A stretch of DNA of 35,994 bases from a virus (lineage: Duplodnaviria > Caudoviricetes). Positions within the stretch are counted from its first letter, which is position 1. The number at the start of each line of letters is the position of its first letter. The translations under genes were made by a program, and so were the position numbers. The DNA lies in IMG/VR virus record IMGVR_UViG_3300027811_000014, positions 1-35,994 of that record; one strand, 5' to 3'. Below the pieces are notes generated by a model, which searched no databases, was not told where the DNA came from, and saw only the letters and a program-made list of their open reading frames with translations. Positions 18,901 to 28,260 of the stretch are shown one piece after another.

Positions 18901-19714
18901 GACCGGTTCGAATCTAGGTCCAAACAACATTCAACCAGTATATCCATTGCTTGACGATGTGTACGTTGAGAAGCTTTACGACGAGCCTTCTACGTCGTCA
19001 TTTTATACGTTCCCGTCAAGACATGGAAAGGTGATCGGTTTTAGACCTGGTCTTCGCGGAACAGAAGTTCACGGCAAGTGGAAGTTGTTGCTTGGCGTAG
19101 CTGGCGACGAGACAGGTGGAACTGTCAAAGGAAATCTTAGAGCAGGAGTGTTCTTTAGACAATTCAGACTTGAATTTTTGCTCGACAAGGGCGAAGAAGT
19201 CACAAACAAGTCGTTCGTGTCTAAAGACAGAAGATTCAAGAAGGTTGTGCCTAGATCTTTAGGCAGAAGGCTAGTTCACTTGCTTTCTGGATCTGCGTCG
19301 TGGGACATAGGAATCAACGGAGTGTTCACGAATGCAAGCGACGACTATGGAGCAACTGTTGGTATATCAGACGACGCTGGGTCAGACAGATTCGCAGTGT
19401 TTTCTAGATTGACTGGTTCGATAGTCGATATACTATCTGGATCTGGTCGCTTGGAAAGCGTACAAGGAACGTTCTTGCACAACGAATTCGGCACTCCTTT
19501 CATTCCAATATCGTCTGGTTCTTCGACTGTTCCTTCAATAGACCCGTTCACTCAAGATGAGATAGCGTTGTCGAAGCAGGCGTTGAACGACACTCTCAAT
19601 CAAACGACTCTGATCGCGAAAGACAACACGCTTAGTGCTCACCTCACTAGAGCGAAAGCTTTCAGGACTACTAGAGACATCATGATAGATAACGTGAAAT
19701 TGTCTGACAAGTGA
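15920..19714 (+). CDS. Large virion protein: proprotein-convertase P-domain-like fold interrupted by a beta-propeller-like insert
   Basis: GAGGT SD. P-domain-like halves 'KIRDVKVWVEFVH...LALRSPN' and 'GLRGTEVHGKWKLLL...RQFRLEF'. Propeller-like blades 'MAVDSNGIPHF', 'IEIDANDRIHVAY', 'LAVNPKTQNPYIAW'. Confidence 0.7.
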   Translation: MADNFGVYDLTANVETLASSSLYDALEPPSGNINLRRLPERLERDHNEIAASTGSFGLRSTFVLPELSSSMHEVTSLNAFFSGTTRLENTAVPASGNMFYSKQQRFVKSTYKLTASAVLPVIPAIQDHGPATDENLDRSSYVNGFVPVSGSYRNTTIFDPSVFEIDVPEYGKIRDVKVWVEFVHDHRGGPGSGSFAGNPFLKGGTGATGSYYKQGLQGVQLALRSPNVDFKYAHPLWNDPQTFRYDKWPKVTLQERYKKVPDLLSNSYLLWAGHACEEDLGMTLGNQTASLPDKYFSSLDLSSSSFDCYDFPYCTGSQIGKSKITGLSVAKDASSYDLLYTDAKIQTPNVWQLVSTHRDFDNPNMKVDNFVDALAYSPHSLRIRKKNGKMFAFTRSAPGKTILYTRPDKIDSKWQYPTGSALLSATSFPTIISSGVLESVHTATISGLTGISSAHVGKLLDFSQYGTFLYQPNNAIFRIKAFESPNVVIESWSVKPQTANAPFLWYVYDDVGTRDEWHWNADGDADMAVDSNGIPHFVSTGYRSEFDSNVLNYGFSGSLNNNTGSFLYRMIDHEHTDYNDGFVSRDCGRYAKIEIDANDRIHVAYQDAKNNAVKYAYKDLSYDINDTFSLEFVTSSSEDVFVPFATYEFPFGYSGIAKFCAEQISLAVNPKTQNPYIAWADFKREDQSSVYMPGKDIVYLAKRENGVWISEKVAEFTNVIGTSKITPSVLKFGQCLHLGFDNEATPIITVKHHDVNDLLYNNPRDALMVFKSSSVGWANDTTYKAKKSILSNFSTGSIADTTFTTDSFNNVHVFSTFQFYGSGSFSSRFAYLNKKHLDNLYTLFVSKSLDIPLGKYFDFDTDIDMRTIFDDSSLISNTRHLDKYFDFANEQNVGPSTIPGQILRRHDAYPSPFSSSINFLNNIFDQYNYLPIQFNLSRNNHMSGANFPWLYDERISKGAFEDFQSLFFGQVLTSVPYGWLTGGGGAAAVNEFPTTGSNLGPNNIQPVYPLLDDVYVEKLYDEPSTSSFYTFPSRHGKVIGFRPGLRGTEVHGKWKLLLGVAGDETGGTVKGNLRAGVFFRQFRLEFLLDKGEEVTNKSFVSKDRRFKKVVPRSLGRRLVHLLSGSASWDIGINGVFTNASDDYGATVGISDDAGSDRFAVFSRLTGSIVDILSGSGRLESVQGTFLHNEFGTPFIPISSGSSTVPSIDPFTQDEIALSKQALNDTLNQTTLIAKDNTLSAHLTRAKAFRTTRDIMIDNVKLSDK

Positions 19715-19716
19715 AG

Positions 19717-19723
19717 CTATTTA
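19717..19723 (+). promoter_or_regulatory. CTATTTA motif, putative phage promoter core
   Basis: Intergenic, upstream of the SD and TTG 19742. Confidence 0.55.
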
Positions 19724-19741
19724 CGTAAAGAGGATTTTTGA

Positions 19742-20389
19742 TTGGCTGGATTTCTTGACAGAGAGACTAGGATCGAAGACGTCGTTTTGACGAATTACGG
19801 CAAGCGTCTGCTTTCTACTGGAGATCTTCACTTTTGTTTTTGGGCTCCATCTGACGACGAGATAGACTACGATCCAGTCGTTTGCAACAGCTCGTCTATG
19901 ACTGACGTTCAGCTGAGCGAATCTATAAGAGCTAGCATAGAAGATACACCCGTCAGAGAAGCTGTACACGGTTACAGAGATTTCAACAGCGAATATGAAG
20001 ATTTTACGAATATTCAAAGAGTGATGTTTACGAAAGCTCAAACTCAAGACAATCTGCCTAGAGCCAAATTTCCAGTTGACGCAGATAGAACTATATCTAC
20101 GAAACAAAGAAAAAATCAAACGTTGTATGTCGAAAGCAACCCTAACACTAAAAACGTGATAACTGAGATTGTTGACGGAGGAGTAGAGAGATTCGATTCG
20201 TCTTTCTTTGTTCTTGAATTCGACTACGAAAACGGAAGCTTTCCGCCTGACTTCAATTCAAACGGATTTAGATTAGAAATTTTGAAAAGCGGTTCTTCTG
20301 GATTCAACGAGATGACTGCTAAAAGAGATATGAGCAACGATTTGTCGTTTGACAGCAACATCAAGATTTTCACTGGAGTGAAGAGGTAA
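19742..20389 (+). CDS. Structural protein, tail-collar-like N-terminal family (paralog of 28261..28977)
   Basis: 'GFLD...DVVLTNYGKRLLS...SDDEIDY...DTPVREA'. GAGGA before TTG. Confidence 0.7.
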   Translation: MAGFLDRETRIEDVVLTNYGKRLLSTGDLHFCFWAPSDDEIDYDPVVCNSSSMTDVQLSESIRASIEDTPVREAVHGYRDFNSEYEDFTNIQRVMFTKAQTQDNLPRAKFPVDADRTISTKQRKNQTLYVESNPNTKNVITEIVDGGVERFDSSFFVLEFDYENGSFPPDFNSNGFRLEILKSGSSGFNEMTAKRDMSNDLSFDSNIKIFTGVKR

Positions 20390-20393
20390 TAAC

Positions 20394-23300
20394 TTGCCGA
20401 CATTCGTAGACAGAAGTGTCGTGAACACTTCGATCAATATCAGCTCTGACGTGAAGAAGCGCTCGATCACGAATGGCTCTTCTTCTAGAAAATTTGCGTC
20501 TGTCGACGATTCGAGAGAGCAAGAAAAAAGAAGTGTCGTGACGAAGTCTAATACTGAACATGTTGCAAACGAAAATTCTTCTGACTTGAGTATTGCGCTT
20601 GATAGTATAACGAGAAACGCCAGACAAGCTCTTGATTATACTAGAAAAAAGATGATGGATCAGGATGCAAACGCTGACACGAAAACAACAAAAAACGTTT
20701 CAGAGAGCGACAGCACTTTCACGCAAAACGATTTGTCTAAGGACTTGTCAAATGATGTGGCGTCAGTACGCGCTGCCATAGACGGTCTTTTCCAAGACAA
20801 CATTTTCGAAAAGGCGTCGACGACACCAGAGATGATTGCGTTCAACAACGCAATCCCTAAAATATTTTGTGTAACGATTGATGTAAAGAAAAACATGGGA
20901 GCCGTCGACTGCTTTTTTGCTAAAATAAAGTTCGTGCTAAAAAAATCTGACGTAAAATCAGGAAAAATAAAAGCGTTCAGATTGTTCAGATCAACGACAG
21001 TGAATCCAACTTTTGAAAGAGGAGCTCCACCCGTAATATCGATACACGGTCTAGAAAGGATATCTGCGTTAAACTCTAGAACTAGATGCAAGGGAATTGA
21101 TCAGCTTTCGTCTGTCATAAGACGATTCAGCGAGAGCAACATATTGTCTTCTGTATCAGTGTTGTCTCCGATAGACGTAGAGACTAACAGACGCATGTCT
21201 ACTGAGTTATCTCATTCAAGTGGTTCCATTAACTCAGCCGCCAACAAGTCAAATGACACGTCTTTTTCGAATGTGTCGTCGTTTTTAGACTCAGACAAAT
21301 TTTCGTCTCTTGACGCTAGCGTTACTCAAAACTTGAACGTTATAAGAAATCTTAGAAGAACAGACACTTCGATGTCCTCGATCAACACGTCAAAAAAGAC
21401 AGTGTTTCATACGACTAAACCCAACAGTTTAAGAACGTTTGACAACGATTCTTCTGCTAGATTTGTTATAGTAAACGACGGCGACAACAAACAAGAATTT
21501 AGAGAGTTATCTATTCTTCCACTTGACGGACAAAATTTTACTGAATCTGGTGACTTCGTATTTTACGAATTCATGGATCAAACTGTAGAGTTCGGGAAAG
21601 GATTCAAGTACTTTCTCACGTCAGTAGACAACGATATGGTTGAAAGTGTCAGGTCACCGATCGTTAACGTAACGATCGAAGGCATAAGAATTCCAGAGAG
21701 ACCGAAGAGCGCTACGACTTTTAGAGTGTCTAACGGAGTCTCAATCAACGTCGTCGTAGACGATCAGATGGTTGAGAAATTTGAAATTTTTAGAAAAGAA
21801 GAAAATTCTTCAAACGATGAATCTGTGATTTCAAGAAATGTGTCTGATTTTAATGGATTCAACGTCGGCGAATCGTTGTCTTCATACTCTAAAAATGGAT
21901 TCGTGAAAATCGGCGAATCGCTGAACGGTCTGGCAGGACAAGGAGGAACATTTTACGACGTGACAGCTCGTCCAGGAAGAACGTACGAATACAGAATTTA
22001 TTCTGTGGATGTTTTTGGAAACAAATCAGAAAGTCCGCTGACGAAGAAGTTTTTCGTCAACGATCCTATGAAACCAAATGAATTGCTTAAACCGACAATG
22101 ACAGTCGAAGTAGACTCAAATACAAAAAAAGCTAGATTGACGTTTAAGTGTTCTGACGAAAGAGTGAAGACGCTTTTCTTGGGAAGAAGAGATTTGACGC
22201 TATGTCAAAATGCGTTTACTGTTCCTTCTCAGACTAACGCTTTGAAGTTTGGTAATTCAGCGTTCGGCGAAAGCAACTACTATTACGAAGACATCGTGCT
22301 TCGCGGTGAGAATAAAGATGTTTCATGGACTGGAATGTTTGAAAATTCGTTGAAGGCCATGACGTTCATAGATTTGACCTCTAAGCTAGATCATGTGTAT
22401 CAATACCGTTTGCACGGAGTAGACTCGTTTGGCAATGTTACTTCGTTCGAGATGAGCAAGACGATTTTGATATCTAATAGACCGACGCTTGATACTCCAG
22501 TTAATTTGACTGCTCAAACGATACTGGGATCAAACTTTTCTTTGAATTCAGTACGATTAACATGGAACGACGCAAATCAAGATTTTTCTTCAGAAGACAA
22601 TGTCGGTTCACAAAATGCCCTGGCTGATACGTCAGTCAGAACGTTATACCAGCTTGAGAGACGCAAGCTAGGACAAGAAAGATGGGACAAGTTTCCGTTG
22701 ATGAGCGGAAACTTTTTTGTAGATCAAGTTGTACAATTCGGAACTGTTGACGTAGCGCCGTCTTTTCGTCCTTCGTTCGTTCAAGAAAACAACACGTATG
22801 CGTATAGAATAAAATCGGTCCAAACTGGCAGTTTCATAAGCAACTTCAGCGACGAAGTCAACGTCTTCGCTGGTCTTCCAGCAGTCGAACCGACAAATTT
22901 CGTCATCAAATTCAGCGACATAAGAGTAAGACCATTCTTTGTAGTTCTCAACTGGAACACTCCGAACAACTCTGGAGTGATTGATCAATGGGAAATTCAA
23001 CGCGTCGCCGTCAACAACTTTGCAGCAAACGGTTTGAGTGCATACGGCGAGCTCGATTTCAGTAATCTTGACTTCGAAGATTTTAGAATCGTGTTTAGAG
23101 AATCAAGCAGATTTACTTCAGAACAACTTGATTCGTCCAGGAACATGTCTTCTTCTTTGTTCGTAGGTCAACACTACATGCAAGATACTGATGTTTCATT
23201 TGGTAACACTTTCGTTTACAGAATTCGTGCTGTCGGTGTGTCTGGAGATTCGTCGAATTGGGTTTACAGAGGAATAAAGCTTACTGAGGAGATTTCGCAA

Positions 23301-23579
23301 AACGTTATTTCATTTTTGATAGGCGACGCTTCTAGAAATGAATTGTCTACTAGTTTTACTCAGATAGTCGTGAAAACAGGCGACGAAGACAAAACATCTT
23401 CATTCTCTTTACAACCTGCATATTCAAAGCCTAACACTACAAGAAAAATTTCGAAGTCTTCTAATGTTTCGTTAAGGCCTGAGCAGGTTAGCACTTTCGA
23501 TTCGCGTAATACTACGAGTGTAGCAGCTGCGACAAGAAACGATATTCTTAACGGCAATGAATCGGGGTGGAGCAGATGA
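20394..23579 (+). CDS. Large Fn3-like repeat virion protein (1061 aa)
   Basis: About five Fn3-like C-terminal motifs, e.g. 'FYDVTARPGRTYEYRIYSVDVFGNKS', 'FIDLTSKLDHVYQYRLHGVDSFGN', 'DTDVSFGNTFVYRIRAVGVSGDSSNW'. GAGGT before TTG. Confidence 0.75.
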   Translation: MPTFVDRSVVNTSINISSDVKKRSITNGSSSRKFASVDDSREQEKRSVVTKSNTEHVANENSSDLSIALDSITRNARQALDYTRKKMMDQDANADTKTTKNVSESDSTFTQNDLSKDLSNDVASVRAAIDGLFQDNIFEKASTTPEMIAFNNAIPKIFCVTIDVKKNMGAVDCFFAKIKFVLKKSDVKSGKIKAFRLFRSTTVNPTFERGAPPVISIHGLERISALNSRTRCKGIDQLSSVIRRFSESNILSSVSVLSPIDVETNRRMSTELSHSSGSINSAANKSNDTSFSNVSSFLDSDKFSSLDASVTQNLNVIRNLRRTDTSMSSINTSKKTVFHTTKPNSLRTFDNDSSARFVIVNDGDNKQEFRELSILPLDGQNFTESGDFVFYEFMDQTVEFGKGFKYFLTSVDNDMVESVRSPIVNVTIEGIRIPERPKSATTFRVSNGVSINVVVDDQMVEKFEIFRKEENSSNDESVISRNVSDFNGFNVGESLSSYSKNGFVKIGESLNGLAGQGGTFYDVTARPGRTYEYRIYSVDVFGNKSESPLTKKFFVNDPMKPNELLKPTMTVEVDSNTKKARLTFKCSDERVKTLFLGRRDLTLCQNAFTVPSQTNALKFGNSAFGESNYYYEDIVLRGENKDVSWTGMFENSLKAMTFIDLTSKLDHVYQYRLHGVDSFGNVTSFEMSKTILISNRPTLDTPVNLTAQTILGSNFSLNSVRLTWNDANQDFSSEDNVGSQNALADTSVRTLYQLERRKLGQERWDKFPLMSGNFFVDQVVQFGTVDVAPSFRPSFVQENNTYAYRIKSVQTGSFISNFSDEVNVFAGLPAVEPTNFVIKFSDIRVRPFFVVLNWNTPNNSGVIDQWEIQRVAVNNFAANGLSAYGELDFSNLDFEDFRIVFRESSRFTSEQLDSSRNMSSSLFVGQHYMQDTDVSFGNTFVYRIRAVGVSGDSSNWVYRGIKLTEEISQNVISFLIGDASRNELSTSFTQIVVKTGDEDKTSSFSLQPAYSKPNTTRKISKSSNVSLRPEQVSTFDSRNTTSVAAATRNDILNGNESGWSR

Positions 23580-23591
23580 GGATCAAAAAAT

Positions 23592-25769
23592 ATGTCTAGC
23601 TTCGCGATTAACACAAAATCTGAAGCAGTTGCTGCAGCTCAAGGCGCTGTCAAAGTTGCTAGCACTGTGTTTTTTGGCATGAAAGAGAAAAATGGTTCTA
23701 ACAAATTTCTTGTTTTGAACTTGATCGATGCGTTTCACAAACCACCCTCTGCGATTTCTTCTGAATATATTTCAGTTGTATTTGCAGCAGCGTCAGTTCT
23801 TAACGTGACATATCCAAGCATTGGTAGTCTGTCTGAAAAGACTGGAGCCGTGGCGAAGGGTGCAATAGCAAATTTCGTCGAAAAAGGATCGCAAACGTCT
23901 AAGGACATGCAGATGTACACGTCTGCAGCCATGGACTCAGAAGAAAAAGTAAGGAACGCAGTAAACGGTTGCAGAAACGATATCTTCGATATAGCTAATC
24001 ACGTTAATTCTTTCATAGCTAGAGCCAAAAGTGCAGGATTTATTCCCAAGGAAAATCCTTTTCTTAAAATCGCGTCGTTCAACATCAACAGACCCGGCTT
24101 CTCTCCAGTCGAAATTACAGAAGATCAATCTCTTCAGTTGATAAAAGACATCAAGATATATCTTCAGCTGATAGAAGAGGAAGCGTCTGGCAGAATTAAC
24201 ATAGAAGCACAGAACTCATCGCAGCTCAGTTCAGCTACGTTGTCGCTAAGTGGGTTCGGAGGAAATGCAGACACATCAATATCTTTGTCTAATTTTTTGC
24301 TTAATGCAGACGATGTAAAGAAACAAAAAGCAGAAGAAGCGCTGTCGATGTTTGACTTTTCTAAACGTTTACCGAAGATACTTTTTACTGCTGAGTGGGC
24401 TCCTAGCGGCGAGACAAAAGGAACAATCGTAGGGTGGAAAAAGATTTTTGACGCGTCAGGCTACATCGTGAAAAGAACAAGCTTGTTTAGCGGCGAAGTA
24501 GTTATGTACGCGTTCACAAATGACGAGATGAAAGCAGACACTGACAAATTGTTTGAATATGTCAACACTTGGATCTTGTCGTTTTACGACAACATAGATC
24601 CTAAGTCAATCGTGTTTTTCATAGACACGAATATTTCAGTAGATTGTTACTATCATTACGAATTGCAGGCGTATCAGCTTCAAAATGTTTTGCAAGGTTC
24701 TCTTTTCAATGTCGATACTTCTCCAGCACGCATTTCTACTTTGCAAAAATCAGATATCAGAAATCAGTTGGAGAAATTAGATCCAGACTTCATCGCTCAG
24801 GTCATAGCGAGAAATGCTGCTGGATCGGCAGGATCTAAATCGTCTAGTGCGCTGTCTGACACGATTAGTCCGTATCCAGTTTTATCTCACGTGTTGCTTG
24901 GAGATAGCAAATACGACTGGCTGCTGGCAGCTTTGAATATCAGGCAATCTGTGAACAGAGGAGATTCGAAAGAAACAACTAGAAATTATTCTTATCTTTC
25001 GGCTCAACTTGACTTCATACTTTCACAAGCAAGCGCAGGAAACTTTTTGCTTCCTAAGAACAACAACGTAAGCGAAATAATGAACAGAATCACTGACGCG
25101 ATAGGCAAATACGGAGTTACACAAGTGATTGAAGACATTCTACAGGAAACGGGAGCTTTATACTTTTTCGATGGGAAGGATCCAAAAAACAATGTCTTGT
25201 TCGGCAGCGTAGACTATATCGGTAGATTCGCTGACAAGCTGTCAGTTAACTACGACTCAAACAAAGCTAGCTCTGGTCTTGTTGCTGTAGTAGCTGCTGC
25301 GATTGATCCTGAAACTGCTACATTGGACTTGAGAACTCTTGCTACAAATTTGCCGATGCTTGTATCTGGTGAATTTGTTAGTACTAAGGAAAGCTTGTCT
25401 AACGCTTCAGTTACAACGGAATTAGAGATACCTACGCGTGACAAGTCGTCTAGCAACACTGAATTTCTTAGCAAGCTTGGTGCCTTAGACAACGGAGTAG
25501 TTGATTTGACGACAGCTGATGGCGTAGGAACATTCATGAGGGCGCTGAGAATAATGTCTGACATAGGTTCCTCGCGTGGGTCGCCAATCGTGACATCGTT
25601 TGACGATTTTGTGCCAGATGTCATTGAACCAAAAACTCTAGCTGACGCCAAAAGCAATCTGCCAGTAGCAGGAGATGGAAAAGCAGTAGTAATCAAAACG
25701 ACTACTGCAACGTCTAGTCAAGAAGTATCTCGTGCAATCGTTAGCAAGTCGAAAGAACGAAAGACATAA
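23592..25769 (+). CDS. Large hypothetical virion protein (725 aa) with one Fn3-like segment
   Basis: GAGGA SD. 'VGWKKIFDASGYIVKR...FIDTNISVDCYYHYELQAY'. Confidence 0.7.
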   Translation: MSSFAINTKSEAVAAAQGAVKVASTVFFGMKEKNGSNKFLVLNLIDAFHKPPSAISSEYISVVFAAASVLNVTYPSIGSLSEKTGAVAKGAIANFVEKGSQTSKDMQMYTSAAMDSEEKVRNAVNGCRNDIFDIANHVNSFIARAKSAGFIPKENPFLKIASFNINRPGFSPVEITEDQSLQLIKDIKIYLQLIEEEASGRINIEAQNSSQLSSATLSLSGFGGNADTSISLSNFLLNADDVKKQKAEEALSMFDFSKRLPKILFTAEWAPSGETKGTIVGWKKIFDASGYIVKRTSLFSGEVVMYAFTNDEMKADTDKLFEYVNTWILSFYDNIDPKSIVFFIDTNISVDCYYHYELQAYQLQNVLQGSLFNVDTSPARISTLQKSDIRNQLEKLDPDFIAQVIARNAAGSAGSKSSSALSDTISPYPVLSHVLLGDSKYDWLLAALNIRQSVNRGDSKETTRNYSYLSAQLDFILSQASAGNFLLPKNNNVSEIMNRITDAIGKYGVTQVIEDILQETGALYFFDGKDPKNNVLFGSVDYIGRFADKLSVNYDSNKASSGLVAVVAAAIDPETATLDLRTLATNLPMLVSGEFVSTKESLSNASVTTELEIPTRDKSSSNTEFLSKLGALDNGVVDLTTADGVGTFMRALRIMSDIGSSRGSPIVTSFDDFVPDVIEPKTLADAKSNLPVAGDGKAVVIKTTTATSSQEVSRAIVSKSKERKT

Positions 25770-25786
25770 ATTTGGAGATTCGTTAG

Positions 25787-28207
25787 ATGGCCATAAAGCT
25801 TAGCGGCATGGGTGCATTAGCAAACGCGTCTATGAACAGAACAAGAGTAGACGTTTCAGATACTCCTTCGGTTAACGAGACTACGACAAAGAATGTTCAA
25901 ACTGCTGCAGCAGATAACGCCAGCGCAACAACTACTACAAAAGAATTTTTTGCGCGAACAGATTCTGGTCAAGAAGCAGCACCTGTTGTGTCTGCAGATA
26001 GTCCTGTACAAACTACCGTTAGAAGAGTAGCTGTCAGCATAAACAACGTACCTCCTGACTTAATAGTGACAGACACTGGCGTAAAACCCAAGAAGTTTTC
26101 TGCAGTTTCTGCGAAAGCTCCATTTGAAACTTTGTTCAACGCTTTTGATATAGAAGCTTTTCCTTTTTACAATTTTTGGGTAGCTGACGAGCTTGCTAAC
26201 GATAAGGACGAGCTTGGAAACAGAAAGCTCGATGAAGTTCCGAGGTACGTCAAAATCGCGTGGAATTCTGCGCCAGCTACACGTGACGATGATTCTAGCG
26301 CTGCTGACGTTAGCAAACGACGTATAAAATCTATTCTTTTTTCGAGAGAGATAGAAAGAAAAAATTCATTCTTTTCTAGAGGCATAAGCTTTACTCCTTC
26401 GCATTTGCAACCATCTGGTTTTTCAAAAGTAAAAGGAATTTTGTCCAATGGTCATCTCGCTCCAGGAGTGCTCGAAACAGTAATAGACATGCCCGTGAAC
26501 AACGGAGTCGGAACGTTCAAATCTTTTTCTCAGCTTGACGGCACTGAGTTTCTTGATGAAGACGCGTTTTTGAACAATCGTAGTTTGGATGGCATCTCAA
26601 TTCACGAACTTAAGTCTCAAGCGCAACAGATCACTAGCGGTTTGTTAAACGTTTTCTCGAATGGCAATACTATCGTAGCTAAGTCGATGGATTCGCTTAA
26701 GATGAAGACAGACGTCGTCGATCCTTCGTCATCGAATGTCAGTTATTGCGCAAACGCAGCCTGGGGTTCAAAAGACACTACACAGGATTTGGTAAGAGAC
26801 AAGATTTCGTTAGTGACTCAGCCTACGTCTATCAACGTAGTGAAGGATTTGCTTCACATCAAAACAAAATTTGTTGATCCATCTATCGGAGGCGCGATCG
26901 GCAAAAAGAAAGTGCAATCTGTCAACAGTCCTCATCAAGCAGAGACAATGGCATGTTTGTCGTATCAGCTGCCAAATCTCGAAGTTTTGTCAAGAACTAG
27001 CTTAAGAGAAAACGTAAAAATAGACGTTTTGACAGTTCCATCGCCGAAGATGAAAAGACTTGAATACATCGGATATGTAATAGAAAAATATGTCAAGAAT
27101 GATTCTGGCGTATTCGTGAAGATAGACGAAATTGACATTCCGTCGCCTGAAGCCAACTTCTACATCGACACGAAAATTTTGTACGGAAAGACGTACAGAT
27201 ACAGGATGAGATCAATAATTCGTTGGACAAGAAATTCAGTGCAAAATCAAGAGAACAAGACAGCGAATTCTCAAACAAAAAAAATGAGTTCTTACGAAAG
27301 CGCGTTCGTGGGCGGCGAGTGGAGCATGAATTGGACTTACGCATCAGTGATAGACATTCAACCGCCCTTCCCGCCAGACGAAATAACTGTAAGACCTGAA
27401 TCTCATAAGAAAAGAATAGTTGTGACTTTCAGGCTGCCTGAGAATTTGCAAAGAGACATCATGAAGATGGTTCTTTTGAGGAAAATCAGAGACAGCAACG
27501 GCAACGATGTATCTGAGTGGACGAAAGTTACGGAATCTAATTCGTCTGGTATAGATCTTGAATTTGCTCCTGGAAACGTGTTGTTCATAGACAAGGATGT
27601 AGATTTCGTGCAGACGTCAGGAAAAAAGTATGTGTATGCTGCGCAGTGCGTGTCTCTTCACGGAGAATATTCTACGTTGTCTGAACAATTTTGCACGTCG
27701 CTCAACGAAGATTACTTTTCAACGGGCGAAAATCCAGTAGAATTTGTTTCTTCTTCTGGAGTTAGACCTGAATATTTTGGTGCTTTTTCAACTATACCTA
27801 ACAGAACAACGAAGACTGACGTCATTTTGTCTGCTCCGTTGTCGAGGAACGGAAAGTCAGCGGGAACTGCTGCACTTGTCGTGTCTGGTAGAAACGTCGT
27901 TGGCAACACTGTCATGAACGATTCAGATTATATCGTGAGGGCGACGTCTTTGGACACTGGTGAAAAATGTGATACACCGTTTAACGTTTCGTTCGTCGCG
28001 ATGCCGATAAAGCAATTCATATCTCCTGCGAATTTCATGATACAAACTCACACGTCAGTTGGAAAGAATTCAAACGAATACGAAACCATAAACGATTCGT
28101 TGAATACTACTCTGAAGACTCTGCTAGATGCTTCTATGCTAGACACTGGTAACGAGGAAGAAGAGGTTCTTCCTAGAGACAGAGCTCTACCCGGTGAACG
28201 ATGGTAA
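25787..28207 (+). CDS. Large virion protein (806 aa) with Fn3-like segments
   Basis: GGAG SD. 'GYVIEKY...FYIDTKILYGKTYRYRMRS' and 'PPFPPDEITV...FIDKDV...KKYVYAAQCVSLHGEYS'. Confidence 0.7.
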   Translation: MAIKLSGMGALANASMNRTRVDVSDTPSVNETTTKNVQTAAADNASATTTTKEFFARTDSGQEAAPVVSADSPVQTTVRRVAVSINNVPPDLIVTDTGVKPKKFSAVSAKAPFETLFNAFDIEAFPFYNFWVADELANDKDELGNRKLDEVPRYVKIAWNSAPATRDDDSSAADVSKRRIKSILFSREIERKNSFFSRGISFTPSHLQPSGFSKVKGILSNGHLAPGVLETVIDMPVNNGVGTFKSFSQLDGTEFLDEDAFLNNRSLDGISIHELKSQAQQITSGLLNVFSNGNTIVAKSMDSLKMKTDVVDPSSSNVSYCANAAWGSKDTTQDLVRDKISLVTQPTSINVVKDLLHIKTKFVDPSIGGAIGKKKVQSVNSPHQAETMACLSYQLPNLEVLSRTSLRENVKIDVLTVPSPKMKRLEYIGYVIEKYVKNDSGVFVKIDEIDIPSPEANFYIDTKILYGKTYRYRMRSIIRWTRNSVQNQENKTANSQTKKMSSYESAFVGGEWSMNWTYASVIDIQPPFPPDEITVRPESHKKRIVVTFRLPENLQRDIMKMVLLRKIRDSNGNDVSEWTKVTESNSSGIDLEFAPGNVLFIDKDVDFVQTSGKKYVYAAQCVSLHGEYSTLSEQFCTSLNEDYFSTGENPVEFVSSSGVRPEYFGAFSTIPNRTTKTDVILSAPLSRNGKSAGTAALVVSGRNVVGNTVMNDSDYIVRATSLDTGEKCDTPFNVSFVAMPIKQFISPANFMIQTHTSVGKNSNEYETINDSLNTTLKTLLDASMLDTGNEEEEVLPRDRALPGERW

Positions 28208-28225
28208 AATATTGTGTATGAATTG

Positions 28226-28232
28226 CTATTTA
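28226..28232 (+). promoter_or_regulatory. CTATTTA motif, putative phage promoter core
   Basis: Intergenic, upstream of the SD and ATG 28261. Confidence 0.55.
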
Positions 28233-28260
28233 GCTATGACGAAAAGAGGAGATTGAAGAC

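Noticed and set aside
15920-19714. Intein in the 1264-aa protein
   Set aside because: No intein terminal (C...HN) or LAGLIDADG motifs around the insert.
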